NCBI GenBank assembly: GCA_963836205.1
Contig: CAWIIV010000024.1
Location: 32,001 to 96,000, forward strand
Origin: an uncultured Acidimicrobiia bacterium
GTDB lineage: Bacteria > Actinomycetota > Acidimicrobiia > Acidimicrobiales > AC-14
Reading direction: 5' to 3'
Length of the DNA: 64,000 bases
Of the stretch, positions 25,180 to 35,294 are shown one piece after another (the first letter of the stretch is position 1; each line of letters begins with the position of its first letter). The notes under the pieces were generated by a model. It was not told where the DNA came from, did not search any database, and saw nothing but the letters and a program-made list of their open reading frames with translations. Both the position numbers and the translations under genes were made by a program.

Positions 25180-25691
25180 TCAGCGAGGCGGGTGCTGCTT
25201 GACGATGACGTCGATCCCCGGAATCGGCTCGCTCCCGGCCGTCGCCTCACCGCCACCCGCCGGTTCGCCGCCAGGCGGGGACGGGTCGCCCGGGTCGCCC
25301 GGGTCGCCCGGCATCGGCTCGACCGCCGCCGCCCCGCCGGAGTTCTTTCCGAGGCCGGGGACGGGGTCACCGTCGGCGACCGCCCCCGCCGCCGCGGGAG
25401 CCTCCGGGAGATCGCCACCGGAAGCGTCACCTTCCGGCGGGTCGTCGCCGGTCACCATCGAAATTGCATGCTCGATGTTCGACCGGGTGGTGTCTCCCTC
25501 GTCGGCCACGTCGCCTTCGACGGCCTCGCCACCCGTGACTTCCGGGTCACCGCCCCCGAGGGCCGTCCCGACGCTCTCGATGTTCGACCAGGCGGAGCTG
25601 ACGCGCCGTCGGCGGCATCCGCCCCCTCCGGGGCTTCTTCGTCGCTGGGCAGGGGTTTCTCGCCGATGGGGTGAGAGTACGCCCGTCCCAC
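25180..25691 (-). CDS. acidic, Gly/Pro-rich disordered hypothetical protein (possible frameshift ~25602)
   Basis: 25452..25691 frame (GEKPLPSDEEAPEGADAADG) joins the 25180 frame (SSAWSNIE...TRSNIE...EPIPGIDVIVKQHPPR). Confidence 0.45.
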
Positions 25692-25695
25692 CCGA

Positions 25696-28129
25696 ATGGA
25701 CAGGGGATCGGCGGCGTACCCTCAGGACATCGGCGAGCCCTCGATCGGCTTCGATGACGGCGGTCCGGCGTCGCCCGGGGAGGCTGACCCTTCCGGCGGG
25801 GACAGGTCCGCCGGCACGCTCCGAGCGCCGGCGACGACACGTCCCCGCATCCCTCCGTCGGGCCTGGCCACCGCCCTCGGCTCCCGACCCGCCGCCCCCG
25901 GGCCGGCGTCGCTCGTCGGACTGGAGCACGAGTACGCCCTGACGAGCGGTGGCGAGCGGCTCGATTTCCGGCAGGTGATCCGGGGGCTGGACCTTCCCGG
26001 ACGGCGCCTCGACCCAGGCGACGCCAACGCCTACCGCTGCCGGTCGGGCCTGGTCATCACCTGCGACGACGAGGAGGCCGAGGTCGTCTCCCCCCCGGTG
26101 CCGGTGCGCCCCGGCTTCACCGCCGACATCGCCGACTGGGCCGTGCGAGGGGCCGACGAGCTCCGTCGCGTCCTCCCGGCCGGCGTTGCGGCGCGGGGCT
26201 TCTCCACCCACCTGAGCGCGTCCATGCCTCCTCGACTGGTCGGACCGTTGTGCGCCCTGTTCGCGGAGACGTTCGCACCGGCCCTGATGCTCGTCCTCGA
26301 CCGGGCCGACTCGCACGGCCTGTTCCTGCGGCCCCGACCGGGCCGGGTGGAGCTCTGCGGCGAGTTCGCCACGGGCCCCGGCTGGGCGCGGCCGCCGCCC
26401 TCGTCGCCGGTGGGACCAGGGCGTGCGCCGAGGCCCTGGTGACGCGGGACGGGCATGCGGCCACGACCTGCCGCCCTCGTTGGCGGTCGACGTCCGGCCG
26501 GCCACGGGACGCTTCGGCCTGTTCGTCGGGCGCCGGCTCGCGTTCGGGTTCGATCTCTACGCCGCCGGCCGCCGGGCCCGGCTGCCATTGGAAGGGGGCG
26601 GGGTCATCACCGCTCAGGCCCATCTCGAACGGGCGTGGGAGGCGGCCCGCGCCGCTTTGGGCCCGGCCGCGAGCCCGGACGACCTTGACGCCGGCGATCG
26701 GATGGTGGCGGGGTCCAGCCCCCTCGGGATCGAGACGAGGGGCGACGACGACCGTCACCCCGCACCACCGCCACCCACCTGGTCGCCATTCGGCGAGATC
26801 CTCCGGGATCGCGGCCAGGCGGGCGTCGGGGTCGCGGCCGTGGCCGCCACCTGGGACTTCACCGTCTTCCGACTCGACCACGCCCGGCGAACGGCCTACG
26901 CGTGTGTCCCCACGCCCTGGCTGGAGCGGTTCTTGCACGGCCTGGACGGCGGCGCCCTCGACGGACTTCTCGCCGACTTCCTCGGTGGCGGATCGTCGGG
27001 AAGGGTGCTGCGCGTGCACGACCAGACCCGGGAGCCCGGTCTGTGGGACGACGCCGTCATCGGCCCCGACCTCCTCCCCGACGAGCGGACGGCGGACGAA
27101 GGCGTGCCTCGGGGTTCGTCGCCACTGCACGCCCGTCCGGGGAAGCTCGGGCGCGTTCCCGGCCCACCCGCGCCGCTCTTCGCCGAGCCGGCCTCGCGGC
27201 CGCCGCTCGTCCCCGCCGAGTCGGCCTCGGCGGCGCTCGTCGCCGCCGAACCTAAACCGAGGCCTGAGTCACCGCCTGTCGCCGAACCGGCCGGAGCACC
27301 GAAGGCCGGCGAACCCGCCGAGGACTCGATCGTACGCAAAGCGGACACGGTTCCTACGGCTCGTAACGCCCTCCAGGTCCCTTCCGCGGTCGAACGGGCG
27401 CCGTCCCCGGCGGCGCCGGTCCCCGCCGGCGTCCCACCGGTCGAACCCACGCTTCGCCCACGACCCCGAGCCGCACAGGCACGGCCGCGGCGACGGGTCC
27501 GCGTCCTCGTCGCCCTGCTCAGCCTGCTGTTGGGCGGGACTGCGGCCGCGGTTGCGGTGGTGATCGCCGGTGGAGGGGACTCCGGGGTCGACGTCCGCAC
27601 CAGCCCGTCGGTCCCGCCGCCGACCGTGGTCCGGCGGACAACGACCCCTCCCGCCTCGACGACAAGCGCCGATCCGACCTCTACCGCCGCGCCCACGACG
27701 CCGGTGGCCACGGCCGCGCCCACGCTCGTCCCCCGCTCGACGGCGGGCGCCACCGCCGTCCCCGCCACCGACCCCGCCACCACCATCCCGCCGGAGACGA
27801 CCGTACCGCCGACGTCGGAGCCGCCCACGACGGTGTCGACGGTCGTCGTCGACCCCCCGACCGACGTGGTGGTGGCGGTGGTGAAGGGACCGCGCGGGTG
27901 CGCGTTCCAACCGGCCTCGATCACGGTGGTCGTGGGCTCGACCGTGGCCTTCCGGAACGCAACCGACGTCGGCCTGACGATCGTCATCGGCGGGACCACG
28001 ATCTCGCTTGACTCCGGAGGCTCGTCCGGCCCCTATCCGCTCGCGACCGCGGGCACCTCTGAGCCCACCTGCACCCCCGACGACGGCACCTCCCCGGGCG
28101 ACATGACCATCACCGTCACCGGCGGCTGA
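25696..28129 (+). CDS. PafA/Dop-like (glutamate-cysteine ligase fold) domain + Pro-rich linker + TM + Thr-rich stalk + cupredoxin-like domain (apparent frameshifts ~26380 and ~26460)
   Basis: VGLEHEY, NAYRCRSG..TCDDEEAEVVSPP, GFSTHLS, RVELCGE, GRRARLPLEGGGVITAQ; TM VLVALLSLLLGGTAAAVAVVI; FQPASITVVVGSTVAFRN. Confidence 0.55.
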
Positions 28130-28223
28130 CCGCCGAGCCCGGGGGCCGACGCCTGTACCCTGGACGGGTGCCCGGCAGTGGAGTCGTCCGAGTGGGCTGT
28201 CCTCCGGTCGGCCCGTTTTCCTC

Positions 28224-29570
28224 GTGAGCAGCGCCCTCGCCGTCGTCCCGCCGGCCCGGGGCGGCGTGTTCGTGCTCGGCGAGCGCACCATCGACGTGGA
28301 GCGGGGCCACGCCTCGTTCTCCTACGACCTCGACGGGGAGACGTTTCGGGAGGATCTGCGCCTGCCGCCGGGTGGCGGGGTGGCCGATCCCGGCGCCCTC
28401 GACCTCCTCCTCGACCTCTGCCACGTCGTCATCGGCACCAGCTACTACAAGCTCTCGGCCCCGACCCGCCTCACCAGCCGCCATCCCCTGTCGGCCGACC
28501 TCCTCGAGCTGTGCCGGCGGACCTACGACGACGGCCTGCGCGAGCTGGCCTACACCAACGGGCTGCCGCTGCCCCTCGTCACCGACGTCGACGACGGTGC
28601 GTTCTCCGCCCGCCGCGGCCCGGCGGCGACGACACCGACGACGCCGACGACCTGCGTCCGGCCCCTCGTCCCCGTCGGTGGGGGCAAGGACTCGGCAGCC
28701 GTGCTCGGGCTGCTTCCCGACGCCACCGGGATCTCGGTGTCGGCCACCGGGGTCCACCGGCGGCTGGCCGCAGCCGCCGGCGTCGAGCTGCTCGAAGTCG
28801 TCCGGACGATCGACGAGAAGCTCTCCCGGCTCACGCCGACGGGCTTCAACGGCCACATCCCGATCACGGCCGTCAACTCGGCCGTCAGCAGCCTGGTGGC
28901 CTACCTGTTCGACTTCGACGGCGTCGTCATGGGCAACGAGCGCTCCGCTAGCGAGCCCACCCGCATGGTCGGGACGACTGCCGTCAACCACCAGTACTCC
29001 AAGTCGTTCGAGTTCGAGAAGCTCCTGCACGACGCCATCGCCCCCACCGGCATCACCTACTTCTCCCTCCTGCGCCAGCTCTCCGAGCTGACGATCGCCG
29101 GGCTCGTCGCCCGCGACCTGCGCCTGCGGGGCAGCTTCCTGTCGTGCAACCGGGCCTTCGTGCGGTCCCGCGATCCCGGTGCGCCCCAGGTGTGGTGCCT
29201 CGAATGCCCGAAGTGCCTGTTCACGTTCCTCTGCTTCGCCCCCTTCCTCACCGTGGCCGAGGCGGAGGAGATCTTCGGGGGAAACCCCCTCGGCCGGCTG
29301 GAGCTGCGGGAGTCCTTCCGCGACCTCTGGCGGCCGGAATCCAAGCCGTTCGACTGCGTCGGCGAGCGCACGGAGTCGGCGGTGGCTATGGCCTGGCTCA
29401 GCACGTTCCCCGACTGGAAGGAGATGCCCGTGGTCGCGTCGTTGGCGGTCGACGCCGAGTCGATGGCGGAGGGACTGGGGGCCGACCTGGCCCGCGTCCT
29501 GGCCGTCGGCGGGCCCCATCTGATCCCGCCGGATCTCTTGGCGGTCGTGACCGGGGCGGCGAGCCGATGA
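28224..29570 (+). CDS. murL: UDP-MurNAc-L-Ala-L-Glu epimerase (MurL-like)
   Basis: SYYK, VGGGKDS, NGHIPITA, GNERSA, NHQYSKS, SCN, WCLECPKCLF, KPFDCVG. Confidence 0.85.
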   Translation: MSSALAVVPPARGGVFVLGERTIDVERGHASFSYDLDGETFREDLRLPPGGGVADPGALDLLLDLCHVVIGTSYYKLSAPTRLTSRHPLSADLLELCRRTYDDGLRELAYTNGLPLPLVTDVDDGAFSARRGPAATTPTTPTTCVRPLVPVGGGKDSAAVLGLLPDATGISVSATGVHRRLAAAAGVELLEVVRTIDEKLSRLTPTGFNGHIPITAVNSAVSSLVAYLFDFDGVVMGNERSASEPTRMVGTTAVNHQYSKSFEFEKLLHDAIAPTGITYFSLLRQLSELTIAGLVARDLRLRGSFLSCNRAFVRSRDPGAPQVWCLECPKCLFTFLCFAPFLTVAEAEEIFGGNPLGRLELRESFRDLWRPESKPFDCVGERTESAVAMAWLSTFPDWKEMPVVASLAVDAESMAEGLGADLARVLAVGGPHLIPPDLLAVVTGAASR

Positions 29571-30856
29571 TCCGGGCGGATCTCACCGGCAAGGTCGTTG
29601 CCCTGCTGGGGATGGGCATCGACATGGAGGCGGCGCTGCCCGCGATCGTGGAGGTGGAACCGAGCCTGATCTACGTGGTGGACGCCGACCGGAGCCGGGC
29701 CCGCCAGATCCTGGCCGACGCCGACCTCGTCACCGTCCCCATCCTGGACACGGTGGCCGACCTGCCCGCGGCCGACGTCGCCATCCGGAGCCCGGGCTTC
29801 CCGCTCTACTCGCCCGAGCTCCAGGACCGGGTCAAGGCGGGTCTGGTCACGGTCACCCCCCTCGGCCTGTGGCTGGCGGAACGGGGCCACCGACCGACGG
29901 CGTCCGTCACCGGCACCAAGGGCAAGAGCAGTGCCTCTGTCCTGACGACCCTGGCCCTCGAGCACCTCGGCCGGCCGGCCCTCACCCTCGGCAACATCGG
30001 TGTGCCGCCCTGGACGCACTCCCCGGACGTCGCCCAGACGGTGGTCATCGAGATCTCGAGCTACCAGGCGGCCGACCTCGGCGTGGCGCCGTCGATCGCG
30101 TCCCTCACGTCGATCGGCGAGGATCACGTCGACTGGCACGGCTCCTTCGACCAGTACCTCCGCGACAAGGCCCGGGTCTTCACCGCGCCGGTGCTCGGCG
30201 ACCGGCGCTGGGCGGGGGTGCTCGCCGACGTGATGTTGCCGGAGCCCTTCGCTTCGATCGACTTCCATCGGGTGCCGGCGCCCGAGGGTGGTGGGGTCCG
30301 GGCGAGGAACGCCCATCTGGCGGCGGCGACCGCCCTCGCCCTCGCCCTCAACGCCGACGACGTGGATGTGGCCCAGATCGAGCACGTGGCCGCCTACCTG
30401 CTGAGCGAGTATCCCGAGTTGCCCGGTCGCTTCCGCCCGGTGGAGACGGTCAATTCGGTGGTGTACATCGACGACGCCCTGGCCAGCAACCCCCTCGGGC
30501 TGGCGATCAGCATCGGCGAGGTCGGCTCGGAGCCCCTGACGCTCATCGTCGGCGGCGCCAGCCGGGGCGCGAGCTTCGACCCCGTCTTCTTGTCCATCCA
30601 GGCGCGCACGGGACCCACCAACGTCATCTGCATCGACGACGCCGTCCCCCTCGAACCGGATCTGGCCCGGGCCGGGGCCACGACCTACCGCGCTCCCGAC
30701 CTGGAGAATGCCGTAGGGATGGCGGGCGAGATCACCCCCGCCGGCGGCACGGTCCTCTTCTCGCCGGGGATGCCGACCCCATCCGCCGAGGGCAACTGGG
30801 AGAACCGTTCCACTCGGTTCCACCTCGAAGTCGAATACCTGCGCCAGCGGAGCTGA
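29567..30856 (+). CDS. murD2: MurD-family ligase (MurD2-like, coupled to murL)
   Basis: IRSPG, VTGTKGKSS, GNIG, EISSYQ, DHVDWHGS, YIDDALASNP; ATGA overlap with murL. Confidence 0.8.
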   Translation: MIRADLTGKVVALLGMGIDMEAALPAIVEVEPSLIYVVDADRSRARQILADADLVTVPILDTVADLPAADVAIRSPGFPLYSPELQDRVKAGLVTVTPLGLWLAERGHRPTASVTGTKGKSSASVLTTLALEHLGRPALTLGNIGVPPWTHSPDVAQTVVIEISSYQAADLGVAPSIASLTSIGEDHVDWHGSFDQYLRDKARVFTAPVLGDRRWAGVLADVMLPEPFASIDFHRVPAPEGGGVRARNAHLAAATALALALNADDVDVAQIEHVAAYLLSEYPELPGRFRPVETVNSVVYIDDALASNPLGLAISIGEVGSEPLTLIVGGASRGASFDPVFLSIQARTGPTNVICIDDAVPLEPDLARAGATTYRAPDLENAVGMAGEITPAGGTVLFSPGMPTPSAEGNWENRSTRFHLEVEYLRQRS

Positions 30857-30893
30857 GCCTCGCCCCGGCGGGGCGGGCGGCCCGGCGGGGCCG

Positions 30894-31310
30894 TCAGGGC
30901 GGCGTGCGGCCCAGGAAGGCGGCGACCCGGTCGGCGGCGGGGGCGGTGTCGGGAACCTCGACGATGTCGCCGAACGGCATCCCGTCACCCCGGACCTCCG
31001 GAGGAAGGGTCTGCTCGGCCCGGGCCAGGACGTCGGCCGCCTGCTCCTCCGACCACGGCGTGGGCTGGCCAGTGGCGGTGGCCAGGTCCCAGCTGTGGGT
31101 GAGGGACTCCATCACCGTCATGTTGAAGGCCATCGCCCCCGGCGACTCCCCGCCGCCGAGGCTCACCTGGCGGTCGAAACCGTGCTCCTCCCAGCCGGCC
31201 ACGATGCGCTCGGGGCAGGGCGTCGGCAACTCCCACTGATCGTCCTTGACGCCTGCCATGAGGTCCTCGCTACCGGCCAGGAAGCCGCGCAGCAAATCGA
31301 TCTCTTCCAT
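30894..31310 (-). pseudogene. TIGR03086/MDMPI-family metal-binding protein with internal deletion
   Basis: QWELPTPCPE joins RIVAGW directly, lacking the usual W-T-V-R...H segment; C-terminal ESLTHSWDLATATG and VAAFLGR intact. Confidence 0.65.
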
Positions 31311-31357
31311 GCCGTAAGTGTCCCCCCGTCGGGAGGGGAGCCCGAAATGGCGGCGCG

Positions 31358-31706
31358 TCAGTCCCCGGAGATGGGGTCGATGCCCCTCACCGGGGGCGGG
31401 ACGGTGGCGCTCGGGTCGTCGGGGACCACCTGGAACGGCGGCGTGACCCGCGGCGGCAGGGTGGTGGTGGGCGTTGGCGTCGGGATCGTCGTCGGCAGCG
31501 GCGGTCACGGAGGTCGTCTGCGACCCGGTCGCCGAGGCCTGCCGGGGGGCGACGATCGACGTCGGGGGGGCGGGCCCCGGCCCGGTCCGTTCCCCGGGCT
31601 TGAGGCCGGCCGACACCAGCCCCGCGGCCAGGACGACGGCGATGCAGGCGGCCGACCCCCAGCGGGCGATCGCCGAGCCTTCCAGGGTGTGGGCCAGGGT
31701 GCTCAT
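31358..31706 (-). CDS. small membrane-anchored Pro/Thr-rich protein (apparent frameshift ~31495)
   Basis: ATG overlaps the copCD stop; TM SAACIAVVLAAGLV; C-terminal TTIPTPTPTTTLPP...GIDPISGD in a shifted frame. Confidence 0.45.
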
Positions 31707-33136
31707 GCCGGCGTCGGCTGGGCGGTCAACAGGGCGGAGATCCCGACGACGGCCACCATGCCGGCGACCTCCAGCACGATCCAGGTGGCCACGGGTGAAC
31801 GGGTCGCCACGGGGGTGCGGGCGGCGGTGGCCAACCCGCCCGGGCGAGCATGACCGCCGCCGCTGAGCGCCGGCACCATCCGCTCCCGCACGACCGCCCG
31901 GCTCCGCTGGGCGACGACGAGCACGGCGGCGACGACGGCCGCCTTGAGGACCAGGGTCCGCCCGTACGGGGTCGTCATCAGGTTGACGGGCGAACCGACG
32001 AGATCGAGCGCCATGGCCAGTCCCGAGCTGACCAGGGTGACGACGGCCCCGCCGGCAACGGTGGAGAACCGGGGCAGCAGTTCGTCGAGGGGCCGGGCCC
32101 CCTTCCGGGGCGCCACCACCGCCACCAGCAGGAACAGGCCTCCCAGCCACACGCTCACCGATGCCATGTGGACGAGGCGGGCGGACATCCCGAGCGGCCC
32201 GGCACCCGCGCTGTGGCCCACCGCGCCCAGCGTTTGCAGCACCCCGAGCCCGATGCCGACCCCCGCCATCCGCCAGGCCCACGAGGCCGCCACCCGGGCG
32301 CCGCCGGCCAGCAGTCCCCAGACCAGGGCGCCGGCCACGCCGAGCAGGAGGAGGCGGGTGGCCGCGACCCGGCCGAACCGGAACTTGAGCAGGTCACCGA
32401 CTCCCGCCGGCACGATGCCATCGGTGACGGGCGCCCCGTTCGCCACCGCCAGCTGGGTCACGGCCAGGAGGAGGCCGGCGGTGGCCGCGGCCGCGAGCGC
32501 GACCCAGACGAACGTGCGGGCCCAACGGTCGGAGGTGCCCGCCGGCCACACGACCACCAGGAAGACGACTGCACCCACCGCGGCCGCCACTCCGAGGTCG
32601 AGGGCCATGCGGGCGACGACCTGGGCCACACCGAGCCGGGTGTCGAGGTGCGACTCGGCGATGGGGCCGGAGGCAGTGGCGCCGTCGGCCCGGTGGAGTC
32701 CGGCCTCCCCGAAGTCGAACACGAAGGTCCCGAAGATCACCGACGCGTCCTCGCCTACTGCCCGCCAGCCGACCGAGTACGTCCCCCGACCAACGGCCGG
32801 CACCGGCGCGGCCAAGACCCGCCGGTCACCGCCGGGATGGGTCGGCCGGGGCAGCCCGAACGCCCCGCCGTCGTCGGCCAGCCAGATGGCGCTGCCCTCC
32901 AGCTCCACCGGCTCGCCGAACCGCAGCACGATCCGGTCGAGGACCTCGACCACCTGCCCCGGGCGGGGCTCGCTGGCCACGTCGGTTGTGTGGGCCGAGG
33001 CGGGGGGCGCAACCCCGAGCGACGCCAGCGTCGCCAGCCCCGTGGCCGCGCCGAGGCGGAGCCACGTGCCGGCGGCACGCCTGCACGAGCGTGGGGTCAC
33101 GTGCAGGCGTGCCGCTCGAAGCGACGGCAACCTCAT
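31703..33136 (-). CDS. CopC/CopD copper resistance fusion
   Basis: ASA-HT signal cleavage, IVLRFGEPV, YSVGWRAVGED; multiple TMs with GHS, HMASVSVWLGGL, YGRTLVLK. Confidence 0.85.
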   Translation of the reverse strand: MRLPSLRAARLHVTPRSCRRAAGTWLRLGAATGLATLASLGVAPPASAHTTDVASEPRPGQVVEVLDRIVLRFGEPVELEGSAIWLADDGGAFGLPRPTHPGGDRRVLAAPVPAVGRGTYSVGWRAVGEDASVIFGTFVFDFGEAGLHRADGATASGPIAESHLDTRLGVAQVVARMALDLGVAAAVGAVVFLVVVWPAGTSDRWARTFVWVALAAAATAGLLLAVTQLAVANGAPVTDGIVPAGVGDLLKFRFGRVAATRLLLLGVAGALVWGLLAGGARVAASWAWRMAGVGIGLGVLQTLGAVGHSAGAGPLGMSARLVHMASVSVWLGGLFLLVAVVAPRKGARPLDELLPRFSTVAGGAVVTLVSSGLAMALDLVGSPVNLMTTPYGRTLVLKAAVVAAVLVVAQRSRAVVRERMVPALSGGGHARPGGLATAARTPVATRSPVATWIVLEVAGMVAVVGISALLTAQPTPA

Positions 33137-35253
33137 CAGCAGGGGGGACCGATCGGGTTGCGCTGCTTGCACGTGAGACGGGCCGACCAGGCGGGCGGGA
33201 GCTTCTGGACCCAGCCGTTGTAGACGAGAGGGATGGCGAGCACGCCCTGGCCGCCCATGCCCGCGTACTGCACGACGGCGTCGTCGGCCCGGGTCGCGGG
33301 GGCGGGGTCGAGGACCATCTTGCCGACGATGGCGGCGTCGGAGGCGTCGCCGTCGCCGTTGGGGTCACCGTCGAGCACCATCAGGGTGTTCGAGAACTTG
33401 TTCGACAGGTAGCCGTAGTACCCGCCACCCGCCTTGGCCCCGAAGTTGATGCCGTGGCAGCCGGGGTCGCACGGCAGGCTCTTGATGACCGTGTCGGTGC
33501 CGACATCGACCACCGCGACCGTGCCCGACATGGTGTTGGCGCTCAGCAGGTACTTCCCGTCCGGGCTCACCGGCAGCTGGATGGGGAGCAGCCCGATGTC
33601 GCCGTGGGCGCCGGTGACCAGGTCGTAGTTGGTGTCGAGGCGGATCGTCTTGCGGATCACGGGCACCCCGCCTTCGACGCAGGCGGGCTTGGTCACGTCG
33701 ATCGACACGCACGAGATGCTGTTGGCCAGCAGGTTGGCCACGTAGTACTTCGACGAGTTCGGTGTCATCGAGGACGCGATCGGCAGCCTCGCCAGCCGCG
33801 GTTTCTGGATGATCCGCCCCGAAGGGACGTCCCAGAGGGTGGCCTCGTCGGTGTTGGGGTCGGGCGCCACCATGAGCTGGCCGTCGGCGCTCATCCAGTG
33901 GGCGTGGGGATGGGCCACCGGCTCACCTTCCCGCTGGGCGAGCAGGCGGCGGTCGATCTTGGCCGCGTAGGGGGCGAGCTCGACCACCGCGTTCGCTCCG
34001 TTCAAGGCCACGTGGAGCTGGTCGGTGTCGGTTCGGGTCATCACGTGCGACGGGGCGTTGCCGACCTGCACCCGCCGCAACAGTTGCAGCGTCTCCCGGT
34101 CGAACACGTCGAGGTGATCGCTGAACCACTCCGTCTGGTAGATGAAGCGCTGGTCCTTGTCGGTCCACATGTTGTGGGGGTTGTTCATGTTGATCCCGGG
34201 CAGGGCCACCTTCTTCGACACCGTCCAGTTCTCGACGTCCACCGCCGTCGCCGTGCCCGGCTTGGTCTTGCCCGCCGTCTTCTCGAACTGGGTGTCGATC
34301 CACACCTCGCCCACGCCGGGGATCGCCGGCTTCTGGTTGGCGGGGGGCAGGACCTTGGGCTCCTTGAAGTACTTCTGGAAGAAGCCGTCGAGGGTCGGGA
34401 GCAGCGACGGCGTGCCGTTGGCCTTGTAGGTGAGGATCGGGGCCGCCGGGTACGACGGGTCCCACGTGACCGGGGCGGTGGCGCTGAACGTCTGCCAGTT
34501 GGACGGGACGGTGGCAGTGAAGAAGGTCCGCACCAGCCGGAAGATGATGTCGGAGAACGTCGGGACGACGGTGGCCCCGTCGTACATGTTGATGATCGAC
34601 TGCTTCCCGAAGTCGAGCCCGACGGAGAGGGGGTCGTCGACCACGGCCGCCCCCAGCATGTAGGGGTGGATCTTGCAGGTGAAGGCGTAGAGGCCGGGCT
34701 CGGTGAACTCGTACTCCCTCGTCCCGACGAAGCCCGCCGTCTGGTCCATGATCGGCGCCCCCACCGGCCGGATCAGCGACGTGACCGAGTGGTTGGTGTC
34801 CGCCCCCGTCTCGGGGCCGACGATGAACGTGGCCTTGGTCTGGATGCCCGGCAGCTTGAGGACGGGGGCCAGCGACTTCCCGCCGAACAGGGTGAGGCCG
34901 GTGTCGAACCACGAGCCGGGTTCGTCGGTGATCTTGAACGTGGGGCTGAACAGGTTGATCGGCAGCGTGCCGAGCAGCTGGCTCAGCCCGTTCGTCCCGC
35001 CCTGGCCCTTGAGCAGGTCGAGCTTGTTCAGGTCGAGGCCGACCGGGAGAAGGCCGAGCAGGCTGGCCAGGTCGGCGGAGGTCGGCAGCTTGGGCAGGTC
35101 GATCTCGCCCAGCGGCACCCCCGGGATGACGCTCTGCTGGGCCCGGGCCTCCTTCGCCGTCGGGAGCAGCAGCAGGACTGAGGCCATGGCGAGCAGGACG
35201 ATGCCGGCCTTGCGCCCGGCCGTCAGGGGTCGGTGGGTTCGCGTCAGGTTCAT
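33136..35253 (-). CDS. secreted cupredoxin + His-rich YVTN-like beta-propeller protein
   Basis: Signal peptide; NHSV...FTCKIHPYM type-1 Cu motif; propeller with NNPHNMW, APSHV, HPHAHW, CHG. Confidence 0.75.
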   Translation of the reverse strand: MNLTRTHRPLTAGRKAGIVLLAMASVLLLLPTAKEARAQQSVIPGVPLGEIDLPKLPTSADLASLLGLLPVGLDLNKLDLLKGQGGTNGLSQLLGTLPINLFSPTFKITDEPGSWFDTGLTLFGGKSLAPVLKLPGIQTKATFIVGPETGADTNHSVTSLIRPVGAPIMDQTAGFVGTREYEFTEPGLYAFTCKIHPYMLGAAVVDDPLSVGLDFGKQSIINMYDGATVVPTFSDIIFRLVRTFFTATVPSNWQTFSATAPVTWDPSYPAAPILTYKANGTPSLLPTLDGFFQKYFKEPKVLPPANQKPAIPGVGEVWIDTQFEKTAGKTKPGTATAVDVENWTVSKKVALPGINMNNPHNMWTDKDQRFIYQTEWFSDHLDVFDRETLQLLRRVQVGNAPSHVMTRTDTDQLHVALNGANAVVELAPYAAKIDRRLLAQREGEPVAHPHAHWMSADGQLMVAPDPNTDEATLWDVPSGRIIQKPRLARLPIASSMTPNSSKYYVANLLANSISCVSIDVTKPACVEGGVPVIRKTIRLDTNYDLVTGAHGDIGLLPIQLPVSPDGKYLLSANTMSGTVAVVDVGTDTVIKSLPCDPGCHGINFGAKAGGGYYGYLSNKFSNTLMVLDGDPNGDGDASDAAIVGKMVLDPAPATRADDAVVQYAGMGGQGVLAIPLVYNGWVQKLPPAWSARLTCKQRNPIGPPC

Positions 35254-35294
35254 GAGTGTGTGTGCCAGTCCCTTTCGGTCAGAGCTTGAAGACT

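Noticed and set aside
33136-35253. True nitrous oxide reductase (nosZ)
   Set aside because: No CuA motif, reversed domain order and no nosDFYL genes
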